A stretch of DNA of 64,000 nucleotides from Mytilus trossulus. Lineage: Eukaryota. Positions within the stretch are counted from its first letter, which is position 1. Every line of letters begins with the position of its first letter. Both the position numbers and the translations under genes were made by a program. The notes below the pieces were generated by a model, which worked only from the letters and a program-made list of their open reading frames with translations, ran no database searches and was not told the origin of the DNA. Positions 1 to 13,413 of the stretch are shown in pieces. The stretch spans positions 30,628,001-30,692,000 of the forward strand of contig NC_086376.1 of the NCBI RefSeq assembly GCF_036588685.1, read 5' to 3'.

Positions 1-147
1 CTATCAATGCAACTGTACTCCAGTTAAGGTATTGAAGGTTATACAAATACCTGCCAGTTCAGAAAAATTCATGATTAAGAAATTATTATTAAACATGTTA
101 AGTGATTAGTATTACCCCTTTATGTGTATTCTCTCTTGCAATTGTAG

Positions 148-1505
148 GGATATGCTATGGTTTCCAAATAATGGAAAGTAATGAGTCACCAAATGTGCCA
201 TTTACTTTTCTGAGGACAAGATTTAAAAGAGGTATGGAAGTTGGTTTGTTGAAACTTGACAATTGGAAGTATTAAATTGGGGGGAAAAAATCTAGCTTCT
301 GTCAGAAAAGCACACTTTTTTTCTGAACCAACACACAAGTTGGTGGGGAAGGTAAATGTATACAATGATAATAAAATTGAGAATGAAACTGGGGAATATG
401 TCAAAAAGGCAATAACCAGACCAAAGAGCAAATAAGAGTTGAAACCCACCAAAAAAGCTTTAAAGTAGTGAGAAAATCCAACACCTGCAGATGGTCCTAG
501 ACAAGGAAAATGGATGACATAATAAACACCAAGACATATAACCAAAATAAATTTGAAAAAAAGACAAACATAAGGCCATGCAATGGCTTACGAATGTATT
601 AGTGCTTGGAATTAATTTTATATATATATATATATTTATGTTGGGGAAAATTGTATTAATGTCAATTGATGTATTTCAACCTTGCTTTGATAATTTGTGA
701 TTCCAGATATTTTCCTATTTTCTGTTCTCTTTATTTTACAGCTCCAACAACTGTTGTTTACGACAATGCATGTAACCTTCATGCATACTGCCTGAACAGA
801 GACCCAGCATTTTTTCAACAAACATTATTTGTGGTGGACAATATGCACTGGGGAAATCATACCAGTTAGTATAAATAAAGACATACTAATGAATGATAAT
901 TATAACATATGATTAAAGTTGATTACAACTGTTTCTATTAATTTTATGAAATTAAGTTCCAAAGATTATTTTTTGCAGTTTGATCAGTTCATAATTCTGT
1001 TAAATGGGGAAATGTATAATTACTGTTTTATTGTTTCAAGACTTGAAATGTGTTTCATTTTATCATTACAATTTTATTGCTGTTGCATGTCATTGCTTTT
1101 TACATGAATACTTCTGATATTCTAAGGGTTTGCAAATGAAAGGAACTTATTTCTGCTTTAAAAGTACATATATGTTGTTTCAGATAATATTTATGCTATT
1201 GATACATCTCAAATTTCAATGTATTCTTTCTGATTTCTTGGAAAGTTCTAAGTTTAAATACTGAAAATATCGATGAAAGCTTTCAAATTCTATTATAAAT
1301 ATTTTATATTTCAGGTTGTTCAAAAGTGTACCATGCCAGAGTTCACCCCAGACTCCATGGAGTTAATACGCAGATGGTTGAGCAAAATAATGCAAAATTA
1401 AGAAAACTAAAGAGCCAACTTTCTTACATGAACCACAATAATTTCATGAACCACTTAAAGTTTTTTCTATGGTACTGTAACATGAATGTACTTGGTAAAT
1501 TATAA
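148..1505 (+). CDS. KDZ (Kyakuja-Dileera-Zisupton)/HMGXB3-like transposase, 3' part (last three exons; 5' part outside window)
   Basis: Exons 148-231, 742-864 and 1315-1505 (TAA) have AG/GT ends and consistent phase-1 introns. They give GICYGFQIMESNESPNVPFTFLRTRFKRAPTTVVYDNACNLHAYCLNRDPAFFQQTLFVVDNMHWGNHTSCSKVYHARVHPRLHGVNTQMVEQNNAKLRKLKSQLSYMNHNNFMNHLKFFLWYCNMNVLGKL*. The motifs G.CYGF..ESP, YDxAC, DxxHxxxH.C and N(S/T)Q..EQ.N match the KDZ transposase catalytic core as I recall it. Confidence 0.85.
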
Positions 1506-2454
1506 ACAGTCAATTAAATGCATCTCATTTTAGGAACTTTGTTTCTGTCTTTATATTCTTCTATTAACATTTTTTTAAATGGTCAATGATGAAAGGTAGT
1601 TGTAAATAGAAATATTGTTGTAACACTTATGGAAACTTTTTGATTTCAAATCTTATTCTTAATAAACGAAAATTTCCTAATCAGTAATAGTAATACTATA
1701 TCTCAGTTAGGAGAGAAAATAATTAATAAATATAAAAAGGTTGTTGTACAAAAATATTGTCATTTTATTGAACAGTAAAATGAGAACATATAAATGTTTC
1801 AAACATAACAGTATAACTTTGAGCAAAATTTGCTATAGAAAATTTCACTACATCATTGTTATACTTTTATGATTTAGATTAATAGTTGAAACAGGTAGGT
1901 TTAAAAAGAGATGACAATATTTGTTTTAACTAAAATATCTTAGAGGAAGAAAAAAATGTACTTTTAAATTGTGCATTTTATAAGGATCTACGAAAAGCAC
2001 TGTTTATTGATATATTGTGTTACAGTGATATGTTTTGATTTTGTATGATGAAGTATTATATATCTTTTTAGAAATACTGATATTTGTAATATTGTGTCCA
2101 AAACGTGCAATAACATTATCAAAAGAAAAAAAAGGTAATTGCTCTTTGTGGTGTTTTATTTTGGTATAGATATGTATATACATAGTCTGTCATAATTCTT
2201 TCAGATTGTCATATATATTTGACTCGTTTCATATATGTTTACTGTATATTTATTTTTATATTATTTCAGATGTATTTTATGTGTGTTGATACTGAAATAA
2301 ACTATTGAATCTGAATCTTGAATCTTTAATGGCTCAACCAAATAATGACATCTAAAAGCCAAAAAAACAAAAAAACATCCACTTGGTTTCCTCACATAAT
2401 GCTTCCATCGTATTACATAAATTTGATTGAATATTCTCTTGTTCAGTTTTTGAT

Positions 2455-5400
2455 ATTGTCTGTGGTCGTAAAACACAGTCTACATAGGCTGTCTGTGGTG
2501 ATTAGATACAGTCTGTAGATCTTGTATGTGGTCATGAGATACAGTCTACATATTCTATAAATGGTTGTTAGATACAGTCTGTAGATCTTGTATGTGGTCA
2601 TGAGATACAGTCTACATATTCTATAAATGGTTGTTAGATACAGTCTGTAGATCTTGTATGTGGTCCTGAGATACAGTCTACATATGCTGTAAATGGTTGT
2701 CAGATTCACTCGACATATGTTGTCTGTGGTTGTTGGGTAAAGTGTGTGTATGGTGACTGTGATTGTTAGGTGTAGTATACATATGTTGTCTCTGGTTGTT
2801 AGATACAGTCTGTATATGGTGACTGTGGTTATTATATACAGTGTGTTAATTGTTTCTGTGGTTGTTAGATGTAGTAAACATATGTTGTCTGTGATTGTTT
2901 GATACAGTGTATGTATGGTGTCTGTGGTTGTTAGATACAGTCTGTATATGGTGTCTGTGGTTGTTAGATGTAGTATACATATGATTGCTGTGGTTGTTGG
3001 ATACAGTGTATGTATGGTGTCGGTGGTTGATGGATACAGTCTGTATATGGTGTCTGTGGTTGTTAGATGCAGTGTGTGTATGGTCTCGGTGGTTAATAGA
3101 TACATTCTGTATATAGTTTCTGTGGTTATTAGATACAGTATGCAGATGGTGTCTGTGGTTGTTAGATGTAGTATACATATGTTTTCTGTGGTTGTTAGAT
3201 GCAGTCTGTATATGGTGACTGTGGTTATTAGATGCACTCTGTATATGGTGACTGTGGTTATTAGATGCACTCTGTATATGGTGACTGTGGTTATTAGATG
3301 CACTCTGTATATGGTGACTGTGGTTATTAGATGCAGTCTGTATATGGTGACTGTGGTTATTATATGCAGTCTGTATATGGTGACTGTGGTTATTAGATGC
3401 ACTCTGTATATGGTGACTGTGGTTGTTAGATACAGTGTGTGTATGGTGTCTGTGGTGGATAGATACAGTCTGTATATAGTGTCTGTGGTTATAAGATACA
3501 GTCTGTAAATGGTGTCGGTGGTTGATAGATACAGTCTGTATATGGTGTCTGTGGTTGTTAGATGCAGTGTGTGTATGGTCTCGGTGGTTGATAGATACAG
3601 TCTGTATATAGTTTCTGTGGTTATTAGATACAGTATGCAAATGGTGTCTGTGGTTGTTAGATGTAGTATACATATGTTTTCTGTGGTTGTTAGATGCAGT
3701 CTGTATATGGTGACTGCGGTTATTAGATGCACTCTGTATATGGTGACTGTGGTTGTTGGATACAGTGTGTGTATGGTGTCGGTGGTTGATGGATACAGTC
3801 TGTATATGGTGTCTGTAGTTATTAGATACAGTGTGTAAATGGTGTCTATGGTTGTTAGATGTAGTATACATATGTTGTCTGTGGTTGTTGGATACAGTGT
3901 GTGTATGGTGTCGGTGGTTGATAGATACAGTCTGTATATGGTGACTGTGGCTGTTAGATACAGTGTGTGTATGGTGTCTGTGGTTGATGGATACAGTCTG
4001 TATATAGTGTCTGTGGTTATTAGATACTTTGTGTAAATGGTGTCTGTGGTTGTTAGATGTAGTATACATATGTTGTCTGTGGTTGTTGGATGCAGTCTGT
4101 ATATGGTGACTGTGGTTATTATATGCAGTCTGTATATGGTGACTGTGGTTATTAGATGCACTCTGTATATGGTGACTGTGGTTGTTAGATACAGTGTGTG
4201 TATGGTGTCTGTGGTGGATAGATACAGTCTGTATATAGTGTCTGTGGTTATAAGATACAGTCTGTAAATGGTGTCTGTGGTTGTTAGATACAGTCTGTAT
4301 ATGGTGTCTGTGGTTGTTAGATACAGTGTGTGTATGGTGTCTGTTGTTGATGGATACAGTCTGTATATAGTGTCTGTGGTTATTAGATACTTTGTGTAAA
4401 TGGTGTCTGTGGTTGTTAGATGTAGTATACATATGTTTTCTGTGGTTGTTAGATGCAGTCTGTATATGGTGACTGCGGTTATTAGATGCACTCTGTATAT
4501 GGTGACTGTGGTTGTTGGATACAGTGTGTGTATGGTGTCGGTGGTTGATGGATACAGTCTGTATATGGTGTCTGTAGTTATTAGATACAGTGTGTAAATG
4601 GTGTCTATGGTTGTTAGATGTAGTATACATATGTTGTCTGTGGTTGTTGGATACAGTGTGTGTATGGTGTCGGTGGTTGATAGATACAGTCTGTATATGG
4701 TGACTGTGGCTGTTAGATACAGTGTGTGTATGGTGTCTGTGGTTGATGGATACAGTCTGTATATAGTGTCTGTGGTTATTAGATACTTTGTGTAAATGGT
4801 GTCTGTGGTTGTTAGATGTAGTATACATATGTTGTCTGTGGTTGTTGGATGCAGTCTGTATATGGTGACTGTGGTTATTATATGCAGTCTGTATATGGTG
4901 ACTGTGGTTATTATATGCAGTCTGTATATGGTGACTGTGGCTGTTAGATACAGTGTGTGTATGGTGTCTGTGGTTGATGGATACAGTCTATATATAGTGT
5001 CTGTGGTTATTAGATACTTTGTGTAAATGGTGTCTGTGGTTGTTAGATGTAGTATACATATGTTGTCTGTGGTTGTTGGATGCAGTCTGTATATGGTGAC
5101 TGTGGTTATTATATGCAGTCTGTATATGGTGACTGTGGTTGTTAGATACAGTGTGTGTATGGTGTCTGTGGTTGATAGATACAGTCTATATATAGTGTAT
5201 GTGGTTATTAGATACTGTGTGTAAATGGTGTCTGTGGTTGTTAGATGTAGTATACATTTGTTGTCTGTGGTTGTTGGATACAGTCTGTATATGGTGTCCA
5301 GGGTTGTTAGATGTAGTATACATATGGAGTCTTTGATTGTTCACACAGTATGTATATGGTTTCTGATATTGTTAAATACAGTCTACTTATGGTGTCTGTG

Positions 5401-5730
5401 GTACTTAGATGTCGTATATATATGTTATCTTTGGTTGTTTAATACAGTCGATATATTATGGCTGTGGTTGTTATGTACAGTTTGTATATGTTGTCTCTTA
5501 TTGTTATATGCAGTATCTACAGGGTGTCTGTAATTGTAAGGTACATTCTGGTATTCATTATCTATGGTTGTTAGATGCAGTTTGTATGTTTTGTCTGTGG
5601 TTAATAGGTATAGTCTATATTTATTAGGTACAGTCTGTATATTATGTCTGCGGCTGCTAGATGCAGTCTGTATAAGGTGTTTATGGTTGTTAGGTACAGT
5701 CTGTATTTGGTGTCTTGGGTTGTTAGATGC
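2455..5730 (+). repeat. 33-bp minisatellite array A (~100 units), consensus TCTGTGGTTGTTAGATACAGTCTGTATATGGTG
   Basis: Direct tandem periodicity; 11-aa periodic ORFs on both strands. Higher-order 759-bp (23-unit) duplication: ORFs 3839..4036 and 4598..4795 are identical. Degenerate edges, with remnant units resuming at ~5930-6030. Confidence 0.97.
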
Positions 5731-5734
5731 AGAC

Positions 5735-5905
5735 GTGTAATTCGGAGTCCAGTAGGACGTCCAGTATCACTGAACTAGTATACATTTTTGTTTAGGGGCC
5801 AGCTGAGGGACACCACCGGGTGCAGGAGTTCTTCGCTGCAGTGAAGACCCATCGATGGCCTTCTGCTATTTTCTCTTTGACACATTCCATATTTCCATCC
5901 TCAAT
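5735..5905 (+). mobile_element. SINE-like interspersed repeat fragment inserted in the decayed edge of array A
   Basis: GACGTCCAGTATCACTGAACTAGTATACATTTTTGTTTAGGGGCCAGCTGA...GAAGACCCAT is present again as a reverse complement at ~31600-31910. Confidence 0.7.
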
Positions 5906-6227
5906 TCCATGTCATAAGTTGTCTTTAGCTGTTTTTTGCAGTCTGTATATAGTGTCTGTGGCTGTTGCTGTTATATATACTGTTTATACGTATTACAAAA
6001 ACAATCTGTGGTATGATTGTTTATTAGATAACTCTTCTCAAAAGACAAAATGAGTGAAGTGCGACAACCTTTAATTTGGCAATCGCACAACGGGTACAGA
6101 GGAGGGTGCATGAACGTAATGATAAGTGTGTGTTTTAAATTAGTTAGTGACAGGGATAAAGATTAAACGGTTAGCAATTGAACATTATTTGTTTTTCATA
6201 TGTCTATTATTTACGATCACTTCGATA

Positions 6228-6932
6228 CGACGGGCACATGACGTTTGCGCTTTCTACCTGTAATACGATATGACATTTGCGCTTTAAAATTTCATTCATC
6301 TGTATTAAATTGACCGAAGATTTGCGCTTTTTGCTTACAGTCGTCTACCCGTTAATGCATTCTACTTCTAGTATCGGTCGTTAGTTACAGTCTTAAACAC
6401 GGAGTTTAAAGTTACAGATACTAGTAAAGAAATAAATGTATATGTCATGATGGATTTTTATATCGTTTGGATCAAACCTTCAAATGTGGATACCTTTAAT
6501 AGAAAATAACCGTGAAAAATTAAAATGCTAGAATTAAAACGGACATTGGACTACTAATATTACAAGCAAGAAAGTTAACCTAATCACTCACAATGTGATG
6601 ACAGATAAAATGAGCGTTTAAAATCCTTCCATGCCCACTGTAATGAACAGTTATACTCGACTCATCTTTTATGTCTATCTTTTTAAGGAGTATCATTGCA
6701 CAACAGTCTGTGTATTACATCAGGAACATATATATTGTTCCCAGATTACATTTAGACTGGTTATGTTAATAAGCAAGCACCGCAGTCAAGAATTAAGAAA
6801 GAGAAACTTGATTAATAATTTTTATTTGAAACGTGGGTCCTTGCATGTGCTATGAAATGTGATAAGAACGTAAGTGTCCAAAAATAAAAGCGCAAATGTC
6901 CTATGAAAAAGCGCCAACGTCCCGCGCCATAT
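6228..6932. mobile_element. Possible MITE bounded by inverted GACATTTGCGCTTT motifs
   Basis: GACGTTTGCGCTTT, GACATTTGCGCTTT and GATTTGCGCTTT at 6240-6332. Inverted AAAGCGCAAATGTC and AAAGCGCCAACGTC at 6887-6921. No TSD recognised. Confidence 0.45.
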
Positions 6933-7679
6933 ACGACAATGTACGGCAGCGTAGTTAGAATATTTTGCATCATTGAAACAATAAGAAACCAAGATAATAA
7001 TAAGTTAACGGTCATTTCAGTAAGAGTAATAATAATTGAAATTAATGATTTGGGTCAATATCACTTAAAATGCATATTCAGACAAGGAAGTGAATGCTTA
7101 CAATGATAGTGATGTGATTTAAACCCGCTTTGAAATCAAGCAACACTGATCTTCATTTTTTGAACTGTTTAATTCCAAATGTTGTCATGCACAAGAAGAC
7201 GTGTGACCATACACAGACTAATTGGTATGATCCCGTGTCTACAACTATTTGTCCTATTTACCAACTTCTTGCTGGGAATTGAATGTTAAGCCATAGTACG
7301 AAGATATAATATAAAAACTTCTGAACTGCTGATCCACGTAGTTTTACATGTATGTTAGACCATAGATGTGGTTATGAAGGAACTGAAGAATGTTCACGAA
7401 TAACCTGTATTTCAAAGTATGTCACTGTATTGACCTTTGTCTCTACGTGTATTAGTAAAGTGTTATGCATTGAGTGTAGTTCATTTTTATACAAATGTAA
7501 TCTTCTTGAAACATCTTTTTGACCGACAACTCACATCCGGTCATGGTAGGTATGATAAGACGAAGAAAACTGTATGCATCCACGAATTTGAATATCACGT
7601 TGGTATCTTTCGAAACTTCCATAAGAACCAAAACATGCATAAAAATCTGTATCCAGAAACATTGACATGCATAGAAAAC

Positions 7680-10600
7680 TAGACCCTATAACAATACCGT
7701 GCAGAGACAACATCATATTATTACAAAGTCATGTATGATCAAGTATAGAGAACTTGTACCTAGGAACCATACCATGCATAGACATCTTGCCTCTAGAAAC
7801 CATGATATGCATAGACACCGTCAATCTAGTAACAATACCATGCATTTATAACTTTAATCTATGAACAATACCATGCATATATTACTTGAATCTATGAACA
7901 ATACCATGCATTTATAACTTGAATCCATGAACAATACCCTGCATTTATAACTGGAATCTATGAACAATACCATGCATTTATAAATTGCATCGTGGAACCA
8001 TACCATGTACAGATAAACCTGTATCTTGGAACCACACCATGCATTGATAACCTGTATCTAGGAACCATGTCATACATTGATAACCTACATCTGGGAACCA
8101 TATCATACATTGATAGCTTGTATCTAGGAACCCTGTCATGCATTGATAACCTGTATCTAGGAACCATGTCATACATTGATAACCTGCATCTAGGAACCAT
8201 GTCATACATTGATAACCTGTATCTAGGAACCATGTCATACATTGATAACCTGTATCTAGGAACCATATCATGCATTGATAACCTGTATCTAGGAACCATG
8301 TCATACATTGATAACTTGTATCTAGGAACCATATCATGCATTGATAACCTGTATCTAGGAACCATGTCATGCATTGATAACCTGTATCTAGGAACCATGT
8401 TATACATTGATAACCTGTATCTAGGAACCATATCATACATTGATAGCTTGTATCTAGGAACCATGTCATTCATTGATAGCTTGTATCTAGGAACCATATC
8501 ATGCATTGATAACCTGTATCTAGGAACCATGTCATGCATTGATAACCTGTATCTAGGAACCATGTTATACATTGATAACCTGTATCTAGGAACCATATCA
8601 TACATTGATAGCTTGTATCTAGGAACCATGTCATACATTGATAGCTTGTATCTAGGAACCATATCATGCATTGATAACCTGAATCTAGGAACCATGTCAT
8701 GCATTGATAACCTGTATCTAGGAACCATGTTATACATTGATAACCTGTATCTAGGAACCATATCATGCATTGATAACCTATATCTAGGAACCATGTCATA
8801 CATTGATAACCTGGATCTAGGAACCATGTTATACATTGATAACCTGTATCTAGGAACCATATCATACATTGATAGCTTGTATCTAGGAACCCTGTCATGC
8901 ATTGATAACCTGAATCTAGGAACCATGTCATGCATTGATAACCTGTATCTAGGAACCATGTCATACATTGATAACCTGTATCTAGGAACCATATCATACA
9001 TTGATAGCTTGTATCTAGGAACCATGTCATACATTGATAGCTTGTATCTAGGAACCATATCATGCATTGATAACCTGTATCTAGGAACCATGTCATACAT
9101 TGATAACCTGTATCTAGGAACCATGTTATACATTGATAACCTGCATCTAGGAACCATGTCATGCATTGATAACTTGTATCTAGGAACCATGTTATACATT
9201 GATAACCTGCATCTAGGAACCATATCATACATTGATAACCTGTATCTAGGAACCATATCATACATTGATAACCTGAATCTAGGAACCATGTTATACATTG
9301 ATAACCTGTATCTAGGAACCATATCATGCATTGATAACCTGTATCTAGGAACCATGTCATACATTAATAACCTGTATCTAGGAACCATGTCATACATTGA
9401 TAACCTGTATCTAGGAACCATATCATGCATTGATAACCTGTATCTAGGAACCATGTCATACATTGATAACCTGTATCTAGGAACCATGTTATACATTGAT
9501 AACCTGCATCTAGGAACCATGTCATGCATTGATAACTTGTATCTAGGAACCATGTTATACATTGATAACCTGCATCTGGGAACCATATCATACATTGATA
9601 ACTTGTATCTAGGAACCCTGTCATGCATTGATAACCTATATCTAGGAACCATGTCATACATTGATAACCTGTATCTAGGAACCATGTCATACATTGATAA
9701 CCTGTATCTAGGAACCATGTCATACATTGATAACCTGTATCTAGGAACCATATCATGCATTGATAACTTGTATCTAGGAACCATGTCATACATTGATAAC
9801 CTGTATCTAGGAACCATGTCATACATTGATAACCTGTATCTAGGAACCATATCATACATTGATAGCTTGTATCTAGGAACCATGTCATACATTGATAGCT
9901 TGTATCTAGGAACCATATCATGCATTGATAACCTGTATCTAGGAACCATGTCATACATTGATAACCTGTATCTAGGAACCATGTTATACATTGATAACCT
10001 GCATCTAGGAACCATGTCATGCATTGATAACTTGTATCTAGGAACCATGTTATACATTGATAACCTGCATCTAGGAACCATATCATACATTGATAACCTG
10101 TATCTAGGAACCATATCATACATTGATAACCTGAATCTAGGAACCATGTTATACATTGATAACCTGTATCTAGGAACCATATCATGCATTGATAACCTGT
10201 ATCTAGGAACCATGTCATACATTAATAACCTGTATCTAGGAACCATGTCATACATTGATAACCTGTATCTAGGAACCATATCATGCATTGATAACCTGTA
10301 TCTAGGAACCATGTCATACATTGATAACCTGTATCTAGGAACCATGTTATACATTGATAACCTGCATCTAGGAACCATGTCATGCATTGATAACTTGTAT
10401 CTAGGAACCATGTTATACATTGATAACCTGCATCTGGGAACCATATCATACATTGATAACTTGTATCTAGGAACCCTGTCATGCATTGATAACCTGAATC
10501 TAGGAACCATGTCATACATTGATAACCTGTATCTAGGAACCATGTCATACATTGATAACCTGTATCTAGGAACCATGTCATACATTGATAACCTGTATCT

Positions 10601-10782
10601 AGGAACCATATCATGCATTGATAACTTGTATCTAGGAACCATGTCATACATTGATAACCTGTATCTAGGAACCATGTCATACATTGATAGCTTGTATCTA
10701 GGAACCATGTCATACATTGATAACCTGTATCTAGGAACCATATCATGCATTGATAACTTGTATCTAGGAACCATATCATGCA
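7680..10782 (-). repeat. 33-bp minisatellite array B (~90 units), + strand unit CTGTATCTAGGAACCATGTCATACATTGATAAC
   Basis: Tandem periodicity. Higher-order 858-bp (26-unit) duplication: the rare ATTAATAA variant occurs at ~9363 and ~10221. Left edge is degenerate; right edge is sharp. Confidence 0.97.
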
Positions 10783-13413
10783 TGTATTTTACGAAATCAT
10801 TGTGTAGAAAACCGGATACTCTAGAAGTATCTTTTCTTATCAGAAGATACTATCACATTGATTTTCATTTCTGCATATTAGGGACTGTTCAATATTCATC
10901 AAACAGATCGGCATGTGCTTTATTATGTTGTTTCATTTAAAAAAAGAAATGCTTTTTTTGCAAAGCAAGGCTTGCCAATTCCTCTAAATTTCTATAAAAT
11001 AAAAACTGATTGGCCCTGAAAAAATAAAGACAGTAAAATGATTTAGGTTTCATTTCTGTTTTAATGTTTGCATGTTTCTGTCTGATAAACCACAGAATTC
11101 AGACTTTGTCGTTATACAAAATACAAAATATGCTTCTTACATTCATATATATATATCAAAATCATAAATGTTATTGGTATTAAAATCCAGTATGATTATA
11201 AATGTATTAAATAGATTTCATATAAAGTGCAGTCTGATACAATACAATATACATATGAACATCCATATTACATGTGCATCTCCATATATGTGTAATAGTG
11301 AACTTTATCAGCTAGCCTTTAATGAAGACTAAATAATGCTAACAATATTCATACAAGTCATAAACCTATGAAGAAAGATTAACTACCATATTCTGTTAAG
11401 TGTTATTAAATGAAATTTATTCTGAAAGCTGAAATCATTTTAAATTTGAACTGTTTAATACATCCCTGTTCAGTATTTGTTGTAATGAATGATTGAATAA
11501 GTGACCATTTAATAGTTAAAATTAGAATTCTTCTTTTGGAAATTGCATGGATAAATACGGTCTACAATAGAATGGATGTATCTATTGGCATGTGAATATC
11601 CTCAGTGATCTTTCTTTAGTTAATTATATTGCTAATCAATATGTTATCTCCCCTTTATAATAGTTTGTATAGAATTCACCCTTTTAATTCTTTCAATCAC
11701 TCAGGTCCATTCAATATAAGGGTGATATAAGTTATCTGTACATCTTTGATTTTCACTAAAAAAAGAATAAAAGCTTTTGGTTTTTCCTGAAATACATGTA
11801 CCTTAATCATAAACTTGGTTCATGAAATATAATAGAGCTACTTGTTATCTGTAAGATCTGTGTTTACAATATTTGTGTAACAAACTATTGCTATAGATGT
11901 ATGTATTGATCCTTTGACTGTCTTTAATATTAATATAGAATTCTAACTATAAGATAAGATTATCTCTGATTGAAATGTGTAATAGAGGACAGTTGCTATT
12001 AATTTGTTAAGAAGAGCAAATAATGTGAATCTTTTTCTTTAAAAATATGTGCTCTTTAAGTTATCTCATCATTTAGAAAAATGTAAATATAAGTCAGTAT
12101 GCAATAAATTCTTTAATTACCTTATATGTTTTTAACATTGATCAGAAATTATATACTGAATATTTTGAACAAGTACAATTTTACAAGCTTGAATACATGG
12201 GAGATAACTCGATTCTTGTCAAAATTTATGTTAGATCAAATTATGAAAATATTGTGTTTTCAGGTTACGGGATTTAATTATTCAAAAAATAAGGGAGACA
12301 TTTAAAAAAAAACATAAAAATCCTATAAAAATTGTGACTTATTTTTTCATAATGATTTTTGTGTATTTAAAAAAAACAATTATTTTTCCAACTTTGAGCA
12401 CTGAGGAACTGTTATTCATGTTTAAAGGTTGTACCATTTTAATTTTATTAAATTACATCACAGTGTATTAACAAATATGTTTGTAGTTCTGTGTGAGGTT
12501 ATAATGAAACTTACTTGTGATTATGTACATGCAACTTATCTAAGGCAATATTTTTGATAAATGCCCAGATACTCACTGTTCCTTCCAGGAATTCATCTCC
12601 TGTTTTTGGATTTGTAAATGTACGATATATGATATTCATTAACAAATTGTTACAAAATACACTTCAAATTTACAATTATCAGACTGAAAATAAATGACAT
12701 TATTTGCGAGTATCTGGCAGTTTAAAATCATTTATAGACTGCAACAAATTGTCAACTTAAAAGAAAGTTTTCTTTTTTGTGATGTAAGTATGACAAAGTA
12801 AAATAAAAAATATGAGCCAGGAAACTCATGTGGAACATGAGTGTAAATTGGCCTAACAGTGGCACTGATCCTAACTTTTAACAAAAGTATATACATTGAA
12901 AAAATATCATATAACTATAAATCATGATTTATCTTACACATTTATACTCCACTGTATTATGTAAATTTGATTGTCCTTAAGAAGAATGCACTTTCAGATT
13001 TGAAATTTCTATCAATAAATAAAAATTGAAGAAAAACCCCAAATATTTTTTTTGTTGCCAGTATATGCTGTTGTAATACCACTAAAACATAGTATGTCAC
13101 ATCCAGTGGCTTTTGAAATAGGATAGAAAAAAAATCCCTAGATTTTGAGAATTGCAGGAAATCACTTATACATTTTACTGTAATAGAACATTTCTGAATC
13201 ATAAATATATATATTTGGTGTTTAAAAGCAAGTTTTGTTATTTTGTTTTTCAATAGAATAAGCTGCTAATTCTGTACAATTCTTTGAACAGTGAAAATCT
13301 AACAAAGACAAATAGGGTAAAATAAATTGTGGTATTACAACTGAAATTTGAATGCACCAATTGTCTGTGTTTTTGATACCAGCCATACCAACAAAATACA
13401 CTGTCAACAGTCA

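Noticed and set aside
2443-4828. 660-682 aa ORFs as His/Thr-rich structural proteins
   Set aside because: They are read-throughs of the 33-bp array, open in several frames on both strands, with no signal peptide or non-repeat domain.
2455-10782. CRISPR array interpretation of the 33-bp repeats
   Set aside because: No unique spacers, no cas genes, and a eukaryotic spliced context.
7958-10940. 941-982 aa repeat ORFs (LRR-like look)
   Set aside because: They coincide with array B and are open on both strands because the 33-bp unit lacks stops.
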